From assembly GCA_963841015.1 (NCBI GenBank), contig CAWJAX010000003.1, positions 842,043 to 906,042 of the forward strand: 64,000 nt of DNA, read 5' to 3'. The DNA is from an uncultured Methanoregulaceae archaeon (lineage in GTDB: Archaea; Halobacteriota; Methanomicrobia; Methanomicrobiales; Methanospirillaceae). Shown in pieces: positions 20,972 through 30,233 of the stretch (position 1 is its first letter; the number at the start of each line of letters is the position of its first letter). The position numbers and the translations under genes were made by a program. The notes under the pieces are model-generated. The model was not told the origin of the DNA and did not search any database. It saw only the letters and a list, made by a program, of their open reading frames with translations.

Positions 20972-23057
20972 TCATTCATCTTCCTCATCAAGGTACCCGT
21001 CTAGTGCATCAAGAAGTTCTGCCGATGACTGATAGCGTTTGGCCGGATCTTTTTCAAGGCATTTGAGGATAATCTTCTCCACAACTGCTGCATCAGAATT
21101 GAACTCTGATGGAGGAATCGGCTGCTCTCTCAGGATCGCATTTCCGACTTCAACAATACTCTCACCCCCAAACGGAACAGAGCCGGTTACCAGTTCGTAA
21201 AAGACCACTCCGAGCTGGTAGATATCGGTCCGTTCATCGGTCCTTCCAAACTCCGAAGGAGAGACCTGTTCGGGAGCCGCATAGGCAAGTGAAAAGCCTG
21301 CAATGCTGGACTTTTTTACCTCATTGGCAAGCACTTTGCTCATCCCCCAGTCGGTGATTTTAGGAACGAAGTCTGTATCAAGAAGGATATTATGTGGCTT
21401 GATATCCCGGTGGATGAAACCCTGCTGATGGGCATATTTCAAACCGTCCGCTATACCCCGAATAAGGTGTACCGCTTTCCAGACGGGGATTGGTTTCTCA
21501 ATCGACTCGAGAGCATCGGGTACATATTCCATCTCAACGAAGGGAACAGGGAGGATATTAACAGCCGTAACTTTTACAATATTAGGATGTCGCAGGGTCT
21601 CCCATGCCGCAATCTCGTTGAGAAAAGATTTTCCCGTCATTTCATCGAAACTTATCGGGATCTTCACTGCGACCATCATTGCATCCGATTTTCGGCGAGC
21701 TGAGAAAACCCATGCAATGCCTCCTCGTCCGATATATTTTATCTCAGTATATTTGCTCTCCAGTTCATTCGGGAAGAAGTTCATTTGTTCTGCAACCGAG
21801 GTGAAAGTCCTGGTTGTCCCCGGAACTGTCGTACCCGTTTCGGGGATCGTTGCAGCCGGGCTAACCCTGGGGGCAGTCCTTGATATCTTTTGTGGGGAGG
21901 TTGAATCCTTACTGATAAAAATAACCTCCTGCCTGCTTTCTTTATGTTTCAGCTGCCTGAAAATGATCAACACTACTGCACCTGCAACCAGCAGCACAAT
22001 AAGCTCTACGACAAGAAGGGTAGTAGGTTGACCATTGCCGGTTTTATCTGCAGGTGTTGGAAGGGGAGAAATGGGAATCTGCGTTGCATCAGGAAGGGTA
22101 GTTTCAGGGCGTGCCGTTTGTTCAATTACGGGAAAAGTCGGCAAGGCGAATGGCTGAGGTGTAATCACCCCTCGGGTGACAGGGAGAACCTCGTAGTAAA
22201 ACGGTAACGGATCCATCAGGGGAAATGCATCATTAATGTTCTGGTAGGATTCAAGGATCGCTTTCGGATTTGCCCCGATCATTATGCCATACGGTGTATC
22301 TCCAATCCCGTCACCATTTTTATCCTTTCCACGGTAATCACTCCAAAAATTACCCATGTTGCTCTGTTCATGAACGCCAAGATAGGTATACGCAAAAGGA
22401 TCCGGGGACGACCAGAGCGAAGTCGGACTCTTGGAAATTACGTTCTGTGGATTGTCAAAATTGTTCCGGTAGATCTGGTTTGAGAGGGAATACTCGTCAA
22501 GCGTGATCCCGATTGTATTTTTTGATACGATATTTTCTTCGATCAGGTTATTATTTGAGTATTCAAGCGCTACTCCGACCTGGCGGCTGTTGGAAATATT
22601 GTTGCCATAAATGGTATTTTTCGTCAGCTGACTCGAGCAGGATTCCTTTGGAATTGTTCAGGAATGTATTGTGCCGGATGGTGTTCTCACTGGACCTGAT
22701 GCGCATTCCATTGAGTAACTCAATGTTCTGAAATGTAAATCCTTCAACTCTGCATCCATCGGCAAGAATTTCCATCGCGCTTCCATTATTTGCCAGATCA
22801 ATTATGGGTGGCCCGCCTCCGCTGTCTACCCCGGAAAGAATTATCCTTTTATCAAGCAGGAGATTTTCCGGGTATGTTCCACTATTCACAATAATGGAAT
22901 CCCCGGGAAAAGCCTGATTAATTGCTGCCTGGATGCTGGTAAATTCAGCACCGTTGGGAGCAACGGTATATTCTGAGGCATGCGCTGCAGGTATGCTGAT
23001 AATTGAAATAAGGATAATGATAACCAGGGAGCAGACAAGACGATGAACTGGAATCAT
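20972..23057 (-). CDS. Membrane Ser/Thr protein kinase with extracellular NosD/CASH beta-helix; one +1 frameshift near 22627
   Basis: Signal peptide, SIQAAI/GTYPEN, GNFWSDY..D.NGDGIGD, TM segment, IGRGG, VAVK, HRDIKPHN, TDWG, APEQ. Removing one base joins ORF 22563-23057 in frame with 20972-22357. Confidence 0.9.
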
Positions 23058-23147
23058 AGGCAGCGACTGTAATATTTTATTTCCTGTTGAATTAGAGTTT
23101 TTGATATTTTTCTCTCTCTCCTTACGAGCGAGATTAGTTTATGCTAA

Positions 23148-23931
23148 TCAGTCTTTCTGCGGGATGATGATAAGAAGTTTAACCCCGGATACTCCTTTGG
23201 AGAACTCAATGAGATCTCCATCATGGATTAAAACGCGTGTATTTTTTTCAAGGCGCCGGGTGTTGAGCTGGTACCTCCTGTGCTCCCACAGTCTTCGATG
23301 TGCCAGCCTTCGTTAATATGAATAAATCTGCCATGAGGTTTTGATACCCGGGTCACCGCAGTATAACCATCAGAGAAAACGATATCAGTGTCAGGAGAAA
23401 ACGCAGCCTGATTCTCAGGATCGATCCGGCCGATACGGATTTGATCCTGTTTCAGCATGAACACTTTCCCATCGTCAGGACCGCCAAGTACTATTGCGGT
23501 GGGTACATTTCCCAGAACCTCTTTCGAGAGAGTATTTTTTACCTCTTCCAAACGGCGGGAAATATCGCTTCCCATGATCTGTACCGGGTGTTGGAAAAAA
23601 GACCCAGATTCCTTATGATTGCTTCAAGCCCACCGGGTACTATGGAATATTCCCAGACCGGATGAATGCCCTTGGATGTGGGGGCACCCAGTCCTGCCTC
23701 TTTTTTTATCACACCTACACTCAGGAGCTTGTCAAGATGTTTTTTAGTATTTTCATAGCTGGTTTCGATCTCTTTTGAAATGGCACGGGCGTCACGGGGC
23801 TTTTTTTCGAGAAATTTTAGTATTCTAAGCCGCGCGCTACTTGAGAGCACATCGAGATACTCTGACAGTTCTTCCAGTGAGTCTGAATCTTCACGAATTA
23901 TAATTGTCGGACTTTTGTCCGCCTGATTCAT
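23148..23931 (-). CDS. ArsR-type winged-HTH plus FHA domain regulator; two -1 frameshifts (about 23585 and 23270)
   Basis: RLRILKFL...TKKHLDKL...G.I wHTH; FHA motifs IGR, VSKPHG, DCGSTGGT, then in the shifted frame QLN...IHDGDLIEF. Confidence 0.88.
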
Positions 23932-24312
23932 TGCACTCCTCCAGGGTCACATCGGATTTGTTCCATAACCCAATAGTAAATAGACTATACGGTCGTAACG
24001 GTTTATATTCTCTCCCTGTACTGTCATTCCTGTTTGTTCATGGCTGTAACTCATCGGTTCAATAGTCCAACCAATATGATTTTGGGTATTTATCAGTACC
24101 TGCCATTAAACAATATACTCAGGTGATACACGAAACGCATTCGGGGTGTCACCGACCCATCCAATGCACATTGAACCAGATTAAAACCCCATACTAAAAG
24201 ACAACAAAGGAACGTTCAAAAACAAGATCTCACTCCAGAGAAAGAGGGATCCAAACCCCTCTGCAATCATACATTAAAAATAACTAATATTCTTTTTTAA
24301 AAAACAGATTAA

Positions 24313-24758
24313 AGGGTTCTGGAGAAGCAGACATGAATCCAGATGGTTCAATCCCGAACCATGAAAATCGTAATACATTCGATGGAACCCCGCCTCAGGG
24401 ATTCTCCGAGGCACGGCGGGCAGGGTTTTTTTAAAATTGTTTGTTCCTGATCCGCCGCGGGGGCGACCGTTTGCGGGGCGGCGGCGATCATCGTACATGG
24501 AGGCGTGTGAAAAAAAATCTCGTATTATACCTGAATAGTTCAATTTTCAGGGAAATTCCATTTCCATTGATATGAAACTCAGGATGCTGGTGCGATGAAG
24601 GAGGGACCCGTGCCTGTTCCCTCATACCATCCCTGCGCTTAACACGAATACAACGTAATACCTGTTCTGGAGTTATCGCGTCAGGGGTGCCACAGCAGTG
24701 GGGGGTAAACCCTCTTGAGCGTGTAGCTTGTAATTGAGCATTTCTAAAGAGCCAATAA
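24313..24758. repeat. Dispersed non-coding repeat, copy 2
   Basis: Same orientation as copy 1; its right end TTTCTAAAGAGCCAATAA is the reverse complement of the copy 1 left end, with one indel. Confidence 0.85.
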
Positions 24759-24763
24759 AAGGG

Positions 24764-25705
24764 TTAGTTCTGTTTCTTTCCTGCCAGAACTCCGCACAGA
24801 CCAATAATACCAAGCGCAGCAATAGCAAGGACACCGGGAGAAGGTGAGGTGGGTGTACTGGCGGGATAGGATGTCGGCACAGCAGTCGTTAATTTTGGGG
24901 TCAGTGTTTTTGGAGGGGTAGTTGTGGTTGCCGGTACTTTGGTAACATCTGTTGTTGTGATGGTGACCGCCAGAGGTTCAGTAAGCCGGACATTATCGAT
25001 ATTGCCTTCTGCATAAATACCCATCATACCATAATCACCCTTGGAACCCGTATATACCCTGTTCATGCCGTTCAGGTTCTCAGCGGTGTTCAGATAATAA
25101 CTCCAGATCTCCCGCCCGGTCAACCAATCTTTTACCTTCATGCTGGTGGTTTTTTGATCATCATCGTAATGTATGGTTACGTGATAGGTTTTGTTTACTT
25201 CATACTTTACCGTGGGCCCGTTATAGGCATTTGGCCCCATTTCTGCTGCCGCATGCTGGCTGTTCACCTCTAACAGCTTGCCGCCCGTTGTCACCAGGTG
25301 AAGCCACATAATCTGCCCATATTTTGCATTGCTAAACATTGAGAGGACGTTTGGACCTTTTGAAGGATCCATCTCAGTTCCTGATAATCCGAACCTGAAC
25401 GTTGCTCCATTATCTATTCTGGTCAGAATGAGGTCATATTCAAACGTGAAGGAGCCTCTTTCATAATCGACCGGTATATATGCATATCCGCCAGTACTGG
25501 GTTCATTGGAAAAATGATACATTCCAAGGTTCGGATCCCAGTAATTGGTTGAGGGATTGTTTGTCAGCCAATGAGGATCCGTGGTGAATGAAGTCTGGTA
25601 TATTACCTTGACGGTATTGTCATCGGAAAGCGCCTGCGGGGAAGGAATTGACGCCAGCAGGAATACTGCAATGATAAGGTGCAGGGAATATTTTCGTATC
25701 TTCAT
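24764..25705 (-). CDS. Secreted or surface protein with Thr/Pro linker and C-terminal TM-basic anchor (PGF-CTERM-like)
   Basis: Signal peptide, beta-rich domain, TTTTPP linker, PSPGVLAIAALGIIGLCGVLAGKKQN. Confidence 0.8.
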   Translation of the reverse strand: MKIRKYSLHLIIAVFLLASIPSPQALSDDNTVKVIYQTSFTTDPHWLTNNPSTNYWDPNLGMYHFSNEPSTGGYAYIPVDYERGSFTFEYDLILTRIDNGATFRFGLSGTEMDPSKGPNVLSMFSNAKYGQIMWLHLVTTGGKLLEVNSQHAAAEMGPNAYNGPTVKYEVNKTYHVTIHYDDDQKTTSMKVKDWLTGREIWSYYLNTAENLNGMNRVYTGSKGDYGMMGIYAEGNIDNVRLTEPLAVTITTTDVTKVPATTTTPPKTLTPKLTTAVPTSYPASTPTSPSPGVLAIAALGIIGLCGVLAGKKQN

Positions 25706-25825
25706 AGGTTCTTCTCCGGTTATTTCTCTGAAATGGGGAAACATGTCCGATCTGGTTTTTTCACACCGCTGTCCGATAGAATGTTCGCACTCTTCACTCA
25801 GGGACGTTGGAATCGTAGTGTAAAT

Positions 25826-26089
25826 CTACTGTACATATGCTGTCCAGCCTTTCTTAAAAATATCGAGCCTTGTATGGGAAAAGCAAGACCTCGGGTGTTT
25901 GAAAGGTTTTCGAGGTGACATAACCAAAGTCATCGGGTTGAGAATAGGTGTCAGGCGGGGGGTTACCGGATTTTTCGATGCGGAAAGATACGCTTCCCCA
26001 AGGTTTGTGCCGGTCATATTTTTGATTTCTTTTTTTGGCTGGTCGGCAAGGTTCAAATAAACACTATATTTATCTTTAAAATCACGCAA
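25826..26089 (-). CDS. Short hypothetical protein
   Basis: Open frame filling the gap; no recognisable motif. Confidence 0.35.
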   Translation of the reverse strand: MRDFKDKYSVYLNLADQPKKEIKNMTGTNLGEAYLSASKNPVTPRLTPILNPMTLVMSPRKPFKHPRSCFSHTRLDIFKKGWTAYVQ

Positions 26090-26114
26090 TATTAGACAGC
26101 AGAAAAGTGATTGC

Positions 26115-26185
26115 GCGATAATAGTCTAGCGGTAGGACAGGAGCTTCCCAAGCTTCTAACCCGGGTTCGATCCCCGGTTATCGCA
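26115..26185 (+). tRNA. tRNA-Gly (CCC)
   Basis: Acceptor GCGATAA/TTATCGC, anticodon arm GGAGC-TTCCCAA-GCTTC, T-arm CCGGG-TTCGATC-CCCGG. Confidence 0.95.
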
Positions 26186-26193
26186 TCGGTTTT

Positions 26194-26877
26194 ATGGAGA
26201 TGGAACCCGAACGCTGTGCAATACGGATTATCGCGGAGAACCGCCAGGGTGTCCTTCGGGATATCGCAACGATAGTTGCTGAGCACGAAGCAAATATCGT
26301 GATGATCAACCAGGAAGTGTTCGATTCCGGCCCCTATACAGGAATGGCGGAACTCTATTTCGAATATGATGCGGGGCAGGGTAGTGATCACAACAAGCTT
26401 ATTGAGGATTTAAACAATATTCCCTCGGTTCGGAATGTTAAGTCATACCAGCCGTTTGGCCATATTTTCGGGTCAAGGGTTATCATCATTGGCGGGGGGG
26501 CGCAGGTTGCACAGGTTGCACTTGGTGCTGTAAATGAAGCAGACCGGCACAATATCCGTGGTGAAAGAATTTCGGTAGACACTATTCCGCTTGTCGGTGA
26601 ACGGACACTCGCGCTCGCAGTGGATGCAGTTGCACGGCTTCCCCGTGCATCAATTCTCGTTCTCGCGGGTTCTATTATGGGGGGTGAGATTTCAAAGGCA
26701 GTAGACCGGGTCCGTGAAGCCGGAATCCCGGTCATTGCACTGAAGATGGCGGGAACGGTTCCCGAACATGCTGACCTCGTAGTTACCGATCCTATCCAGG
26801 CGGGAGTTTTTGCAGTAATGCATATCAGCAGCAAAGCGGTATTCGACATCAACCGGGTCCGTGGGCGTGAGTTCTAG
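26194..26877 (+). CDS. ACT-domain / DUF5612 family protein
   Basis: ACT motif ENRQGVLRDI; GGGAQVAQVA.GA..EADRHNIRGERISVDT. Confidence 0.88.
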   Translation: MEMEPERCAIRIIAENRQGVLRDIATIVAEHEANIVMINQEVFDSGPYTGMAELYFEYDAGQGSDHNKLIEDLNNIPSVRNVKSYQPFGHIFGSRVIIIGGGAQVAQVALGAVNEADRHNIRGERISVDTIPLVGERTLALAVDAVARLPRASILVLAGSIMGGEISKAVDRVREAGIPVIALKMAGTVPEHADLVVTDPIQAGVFAVMHISSKAVFDINRVRGREF

Positions 26878-27450
26878 ATGGATATCATCGAAAAAGCAGT
26901 ATCAGTGCTTATGCATGACGGGACGATCATCTATCCTACAGAAACAATCTACGGTCTCGGCGCTGATGCTTTTTCTGATGAGGCAATTCTGAAAGTTTAC
27001 GAAGCAAAAAAACGCCCCCTGGGTATGCCAATTTCCATTGCTGTATCTGATTTTGATATGCTCGCCGCGGTTGCTCATGTTGAGCCCCACATGCATGCAT
27101 TTATTGAGGCTTTTCTTCCCGGCCCGGTCACCGTAATTCTTTGCGCCCGCAGACTGGTTCCGGATATCCTTACCGGGGGCACGGGAATGATCGGCATCAG
27201 GATGCCGGCGCACGACCTTGCACTGCAAATCATCGAACGATTCGATGCTCCCATCACCGCTACAAGCGCAAACCTCCACGGAGCAAAAGACCCGCAGACA
27301 CCAGACGAATGCACGGTACCACGCGAGCTTCTTATCGATGGAGGCAGGCTGCCAGGCACTTCGAGCACCGTTGTCGATCTCAGAAATAAAACAATCCTCC
27401 GCAGAGGCGTACAGGCAGAAGCGGTCGAAGCGTTCCTTAAAAAACTCTGA
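26878..27450 (+). CDS. L-threonylcarbamoyladenylate synthase (TsaC/YrdC-Sua5 family, short form)
   Basis: YPTETIYGLG, K.R, PGPVT, GIRMP, TSAN, SSTVVD. Confidence 0.95.
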   Translation: MDIIEKAVSVLMHDGTIIYPTETIYGLGADAFSDEAILKVYEAKKRPLGMPISIAVSDFDMLAAVAHVEPHMHAFIEAFLPGPVTVILCARRLVPDILTGGTGMIGIRMPAHDLALQIIERFDAPITATSANLHGAKDPQTPDECTVPRELLIDGGRLPGTSSTVVDLRNKTILRRGVQAEAVEAFLKKL

Positions 27451-27456
27451 TTTTTT

Positions 27457-28383
27457 ATGATGCCTGTCCGTTTGCGTGATTTTATCGAGGACTCTGATGG
27501 CTGGCTCTATGCAGTTTCTACGTACGATAATGATGAGAAGGTCGGCTGCGTACTCCGGTATGTTCCCGATGAGACTGGCGAACGTGTAAACCCTTTTGGA
27601 ATGCGATATAAAAAATATGATTTTGAAGATGCCTACGCTTTCATCGAACAGTACAAACCGCAGTATTCAAATCTGGTCCAGCGCGTCCCGATTCAGGACA
27701 TAAAAAAAGTGTTGAAACCAGAAATTGAAATTCCCCATATTGCCCGGAAACATCTATGGGTTAAAAAACTCCTTGATCTTTTCGGCCTTCCTGCAGGGAC
27801 CATAGGTTGTACCGGCTCACTCCTGTGCGGACTGGAGAATGATGCATCTGATATCGACATGGTTGTTTATGGAAAGCACTGGTTTTCCGCACAGAAACTG
27901 GTCCGGCAGGGAATTCTTGATGGTCGTATGGAGGGGCTTTCATCCGAAATGTGGCGGAAAGTGTATGAGAAGCGTAAACCTGATATTTCGTATGACCAGT
28001 TTGTGCTTCACGAGCTGCGGAAATGGAACCGTGGACAGATTGATGGCACCTATTTCGATATTCTCTATACGCGTTCCTATGACGAAATGAAAAGTGCACC
28101 GATGGGAAGAGGAAAGGTACTTGGCAAAATGGAGATAGAAGCACAAGTAAGCGATGCTTCCCTTGCATTTGACAGCCCGGCAGTGTATGAAGTGGAGCAC
28201 AAATCAGTGAGAAGGGTCCTCTCATTTACCCACACCTATAGCGGCCAGGCACTTGAGGGGGAGACCATGGAGGCATGTGGTATCTGCGAGCAGCATGGCG
28301 ATGAACTCTGGCTGGTTGTAGGGACGACGCGCGAAGCGAGGGGAGAATATATTTTGTCAAAGACGCTGCTGGAACAGGGTTGA
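27457..28383 (+). CDS. Archaeal nucleotidyltransferase (Pol-beta fold) family protein
   Basis: RLRDF, LRY.P, GCTGS.L.G....SDID.VVYG, GTTRE. Confidence 0.85.
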   Translation: MMPVRLRDFIEDSDGWLYAVSTYDNDEKVGCVLRYVPDETGERVNPFGMRYKKYDFEDAYAFIEQYKPQYSNLVQRVPIQDIKKVLKPEIEIPHIARKHLWVKKLLDLFGLPAGTIGCTGSLLCGLENDASDIDMVVYGKHWFSAQKLVRQGILDGRMEGLSSEMWRKVYEKRKPDISYDQFVLHELRKWNRGQIDGTYFDILYTRSYDEMKSAPMGRGKVLGKMEIEAQVSDASLAFDSPAVYEVEHKSVRRVLSFTHTYSGQALEGETMEACGICEQHGDELWLVVGTTREARGEYILSKTLLEQG

Positions 28384-28445
28384 AAAAAGATGAGAAATTC
28401 ATGCTGTTTTTACCTGCACAGTAAGCAATCCAGAGTGAGACCTCA

Positions 28446-28830
28446 TTGAAAACAAAACTCATTGCCCCTTGTGGTATGACCTGTGCAATTTGTAGAGCTT
28501 TTCTCCTGGAGAGAAACAGGTGTGAGGGGTGCTGGTCACCGGAAAGATAATGCAATAAACACTGCACAATTCGTTCATGCATCATGCGGAAAGGGAAATA
28601 CTGTTTTGATTGTGATCTTTTTCCCTGTACAAGACTCCGGCAGTCAGACTCACGATACAGGAAAAACTGTCGGGTGAGCAGGATAGAAAATCTTTGAATC
28701 TGTCAGGAACCAGGGTATCCGCAAATTTAACAGAACTGAGAAACAGCGATGGACCCGCTCAAAAATGCGGCGGAATAGTGTGTGTTCACCGAGGGGTTTG
28801 TTTTACCTGTGGGAACCGCAAAGAATAATC
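28446..28830 (+). pseudogene. Decayed DUF3795-family Cys-rich protein
   Basis: LIAPCGMTCAICRAF..RCEGCW..*C...CTIRSC...YCFDCDLFPC.RL...D.RYR...IENL; in-frame stop and frameshifts; tail CGGIVCVHRGVCFTCG. End approximate. Confidence 0.75.
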
Positions 28831-28860
28831 CTGCCTTTTTAAAAAGGAGGATTGCCCTGT

Positions 28861-29535
28861 TCACAACAGCTCCGACAGCCGGTGTCCACTACTGCTCTCG
28901 CACCGCTCTTTGTATTTACACTGGTTGCAGGGAGCGTTCAGCGGGTGCCGGGGTAGTTCTCCTTTCCGGATTGACCGGATTTTGTGCAGGGTGGTAATAA
29001 CCTGACGCCGGTCCCGGGGCTGGACAGTATGAAATCGTGAGATTCCATCAGGAATATATTCCACATTCCCGCCAGTCACTTCTTTTCCGGTCATCTCCTC
29101 AATACAGAACGCGATGCATGCAATCCGTAACCGGTCTGCTGCATATGTACCAAACGGCATTGCGCCAGCAGCACGTATGATGGAATAGGTCCCATCATCA
29201 GTTACACGGTCTGCCATGCCAACAAGGCCGTGTTTTTCTGAAAAAACCCGCACATCAGATTGAGCTGCCGGCATCCAGTCTGTTTTATTGCAGGAAGTAA
29301 TGCAGGTATCCAGGAATAAACGCAGATTAGGATCTATATCAGGGCGAACCGCGAGTACCTCACTCCAGATAATCTCTGAATCGAGAGGACTCCCAAGATG
29401 ATAGGAAAGCTGTTTACAGATCGTGTACCGCCCTGATTCAGTGAGGGGATCGTTTCTTTCGTAGTAATACCGTACCGGGCATGCATGCACCCGGATCAGA
29501 TCCGATACTGCGACGTGGTCCCTGTTTTCTGTCAG
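28861..29535 (-). CDS. Solo Cas4/Dna2-like Fe-S protein, catalytic motif degenerate
   Basis: VAVSDL....CP, GLVGMAD, C-terminal CNQCKYKERC; probable CTG start at 29535 behind GAGGAG. Confidence 0.8.
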   Translation of the reverse strand: MTENRDHVAVSDLIRVHACPVRYYYERNDPLTESGRYTICKQLSYHLGSPLDSEIIWSEVLAVRPDIDPNLRLFLDTCITSCNKTDWMPAAQSDVRVFSEKHGLVGMADRVTDDGTYSIIRAAGAMPFGTYAADRLRIACIAFCIEEMTGKEVTGGNVEYIPDGISRFHTVQPRDRRQVITTLHKIRSIRKGELPRHPLNAPCNQCKYKERCESSSGHRLSELL

Positions 29536-29685
29536 GATATCTCCTCATACAAGCGTAGGGAACCGGGGGGATTATACTTATTGAATCGATATCAGCCGCA
29601 AACGAGGGAATGAGTATCAGAAATTGAGTATCAGGAATTTTTTAGAGCCAACATATTTCATTCCGGTAGTGCAAACCTGATCATC

Positions 29686-29982
29686 ATGACAGGACAGGAA
29701 ATTTCAGTCAATATTCCACCCACACTCGACCCGGTGTACAGCAACATGATCCAGATCGCCTATAAGGATGACGAGTTCACGTTTATGTTTCTCCATCAGC
29801 TTCCGCAGGTGAACCAGGCTCGGGCTAAGGCAATTGTCTCTATTACACCAGCCCATGCAAAAAACCTGCTTGGTGTGCTGACAAAGACTGTTGCTGACTA
29901 TGAGTTAAAATTCGGCACCATATCCCCCCCAAAAGAGACTCAGGGTTCCGAGAAGGTTACTACACTGAGCGGGTATTCCTGA
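29686..29982 (+). CDS. DUF3467 family protein
   Basis: VYSN, EF.F.F, I.P.HAK, YE.KFG.I. Confidence 0.88.
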   Translation: MTGQEISVNIPPTLDPVYSNMIQIAYKDDEFTFMFLHQLPQVNQARAKAIVSITPAHAKNLLGVLTKTVADYELKFGTISPPKETQGSEKVTTLSGYS

Positions 29983-30027
29983 AACGCATATTTTATTAGA
30001 GCATGCGTCGATATTGTGAGATATTGC

Positions 30028-30099
30028 GCCGCCGTGGCTTAGCGGCATAGCGGCTGATTCGTAATCAGCAGGTCGAGGGTTCAATTCCCTCCGGCGGCT
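30028..30099 (+). tRNA. tRNA-Thr (CGT)
   Basis: Acceptor GCCGCCG/CGGCGGC, anticodon arm GCTGA-TTCGTAA-TCAGC, T-arm GAGGG-TTCAATT-CCCTC. Confidence 0.95.
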
Positions 30100-30233
30100 T
30101 TTAGACAAAACGTTGGATTTCTCTGACGGATATTTTTAAAATTAAACCACTTCCCGGTCAGCTCACTCTGCCGGAAATACTGCATTCCTCATAGCCTGTT
30201 CTTTAAAGAGTAACGGATGATGCACTAAAAAAA

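Noticed and set aside
24122-24153. Imperfect hairpin GGTGATAC...GTGTCACC upstream of the wHTH-FHA gene
   Set aside because: Single occurrence with no second copy to support an operator or RNA element.
26115-30099. tRNA-bounded integrated element
   Set aside because: No integrase and no duplicated tRNA 3' end seen; the cargo includes housekeeping genes such as TsaC.
28400-30200. CRISPR-Cas locus around the Cas4-like gene
   Set aside because: No repeat-spacer array and no other cas genes seen in the window.
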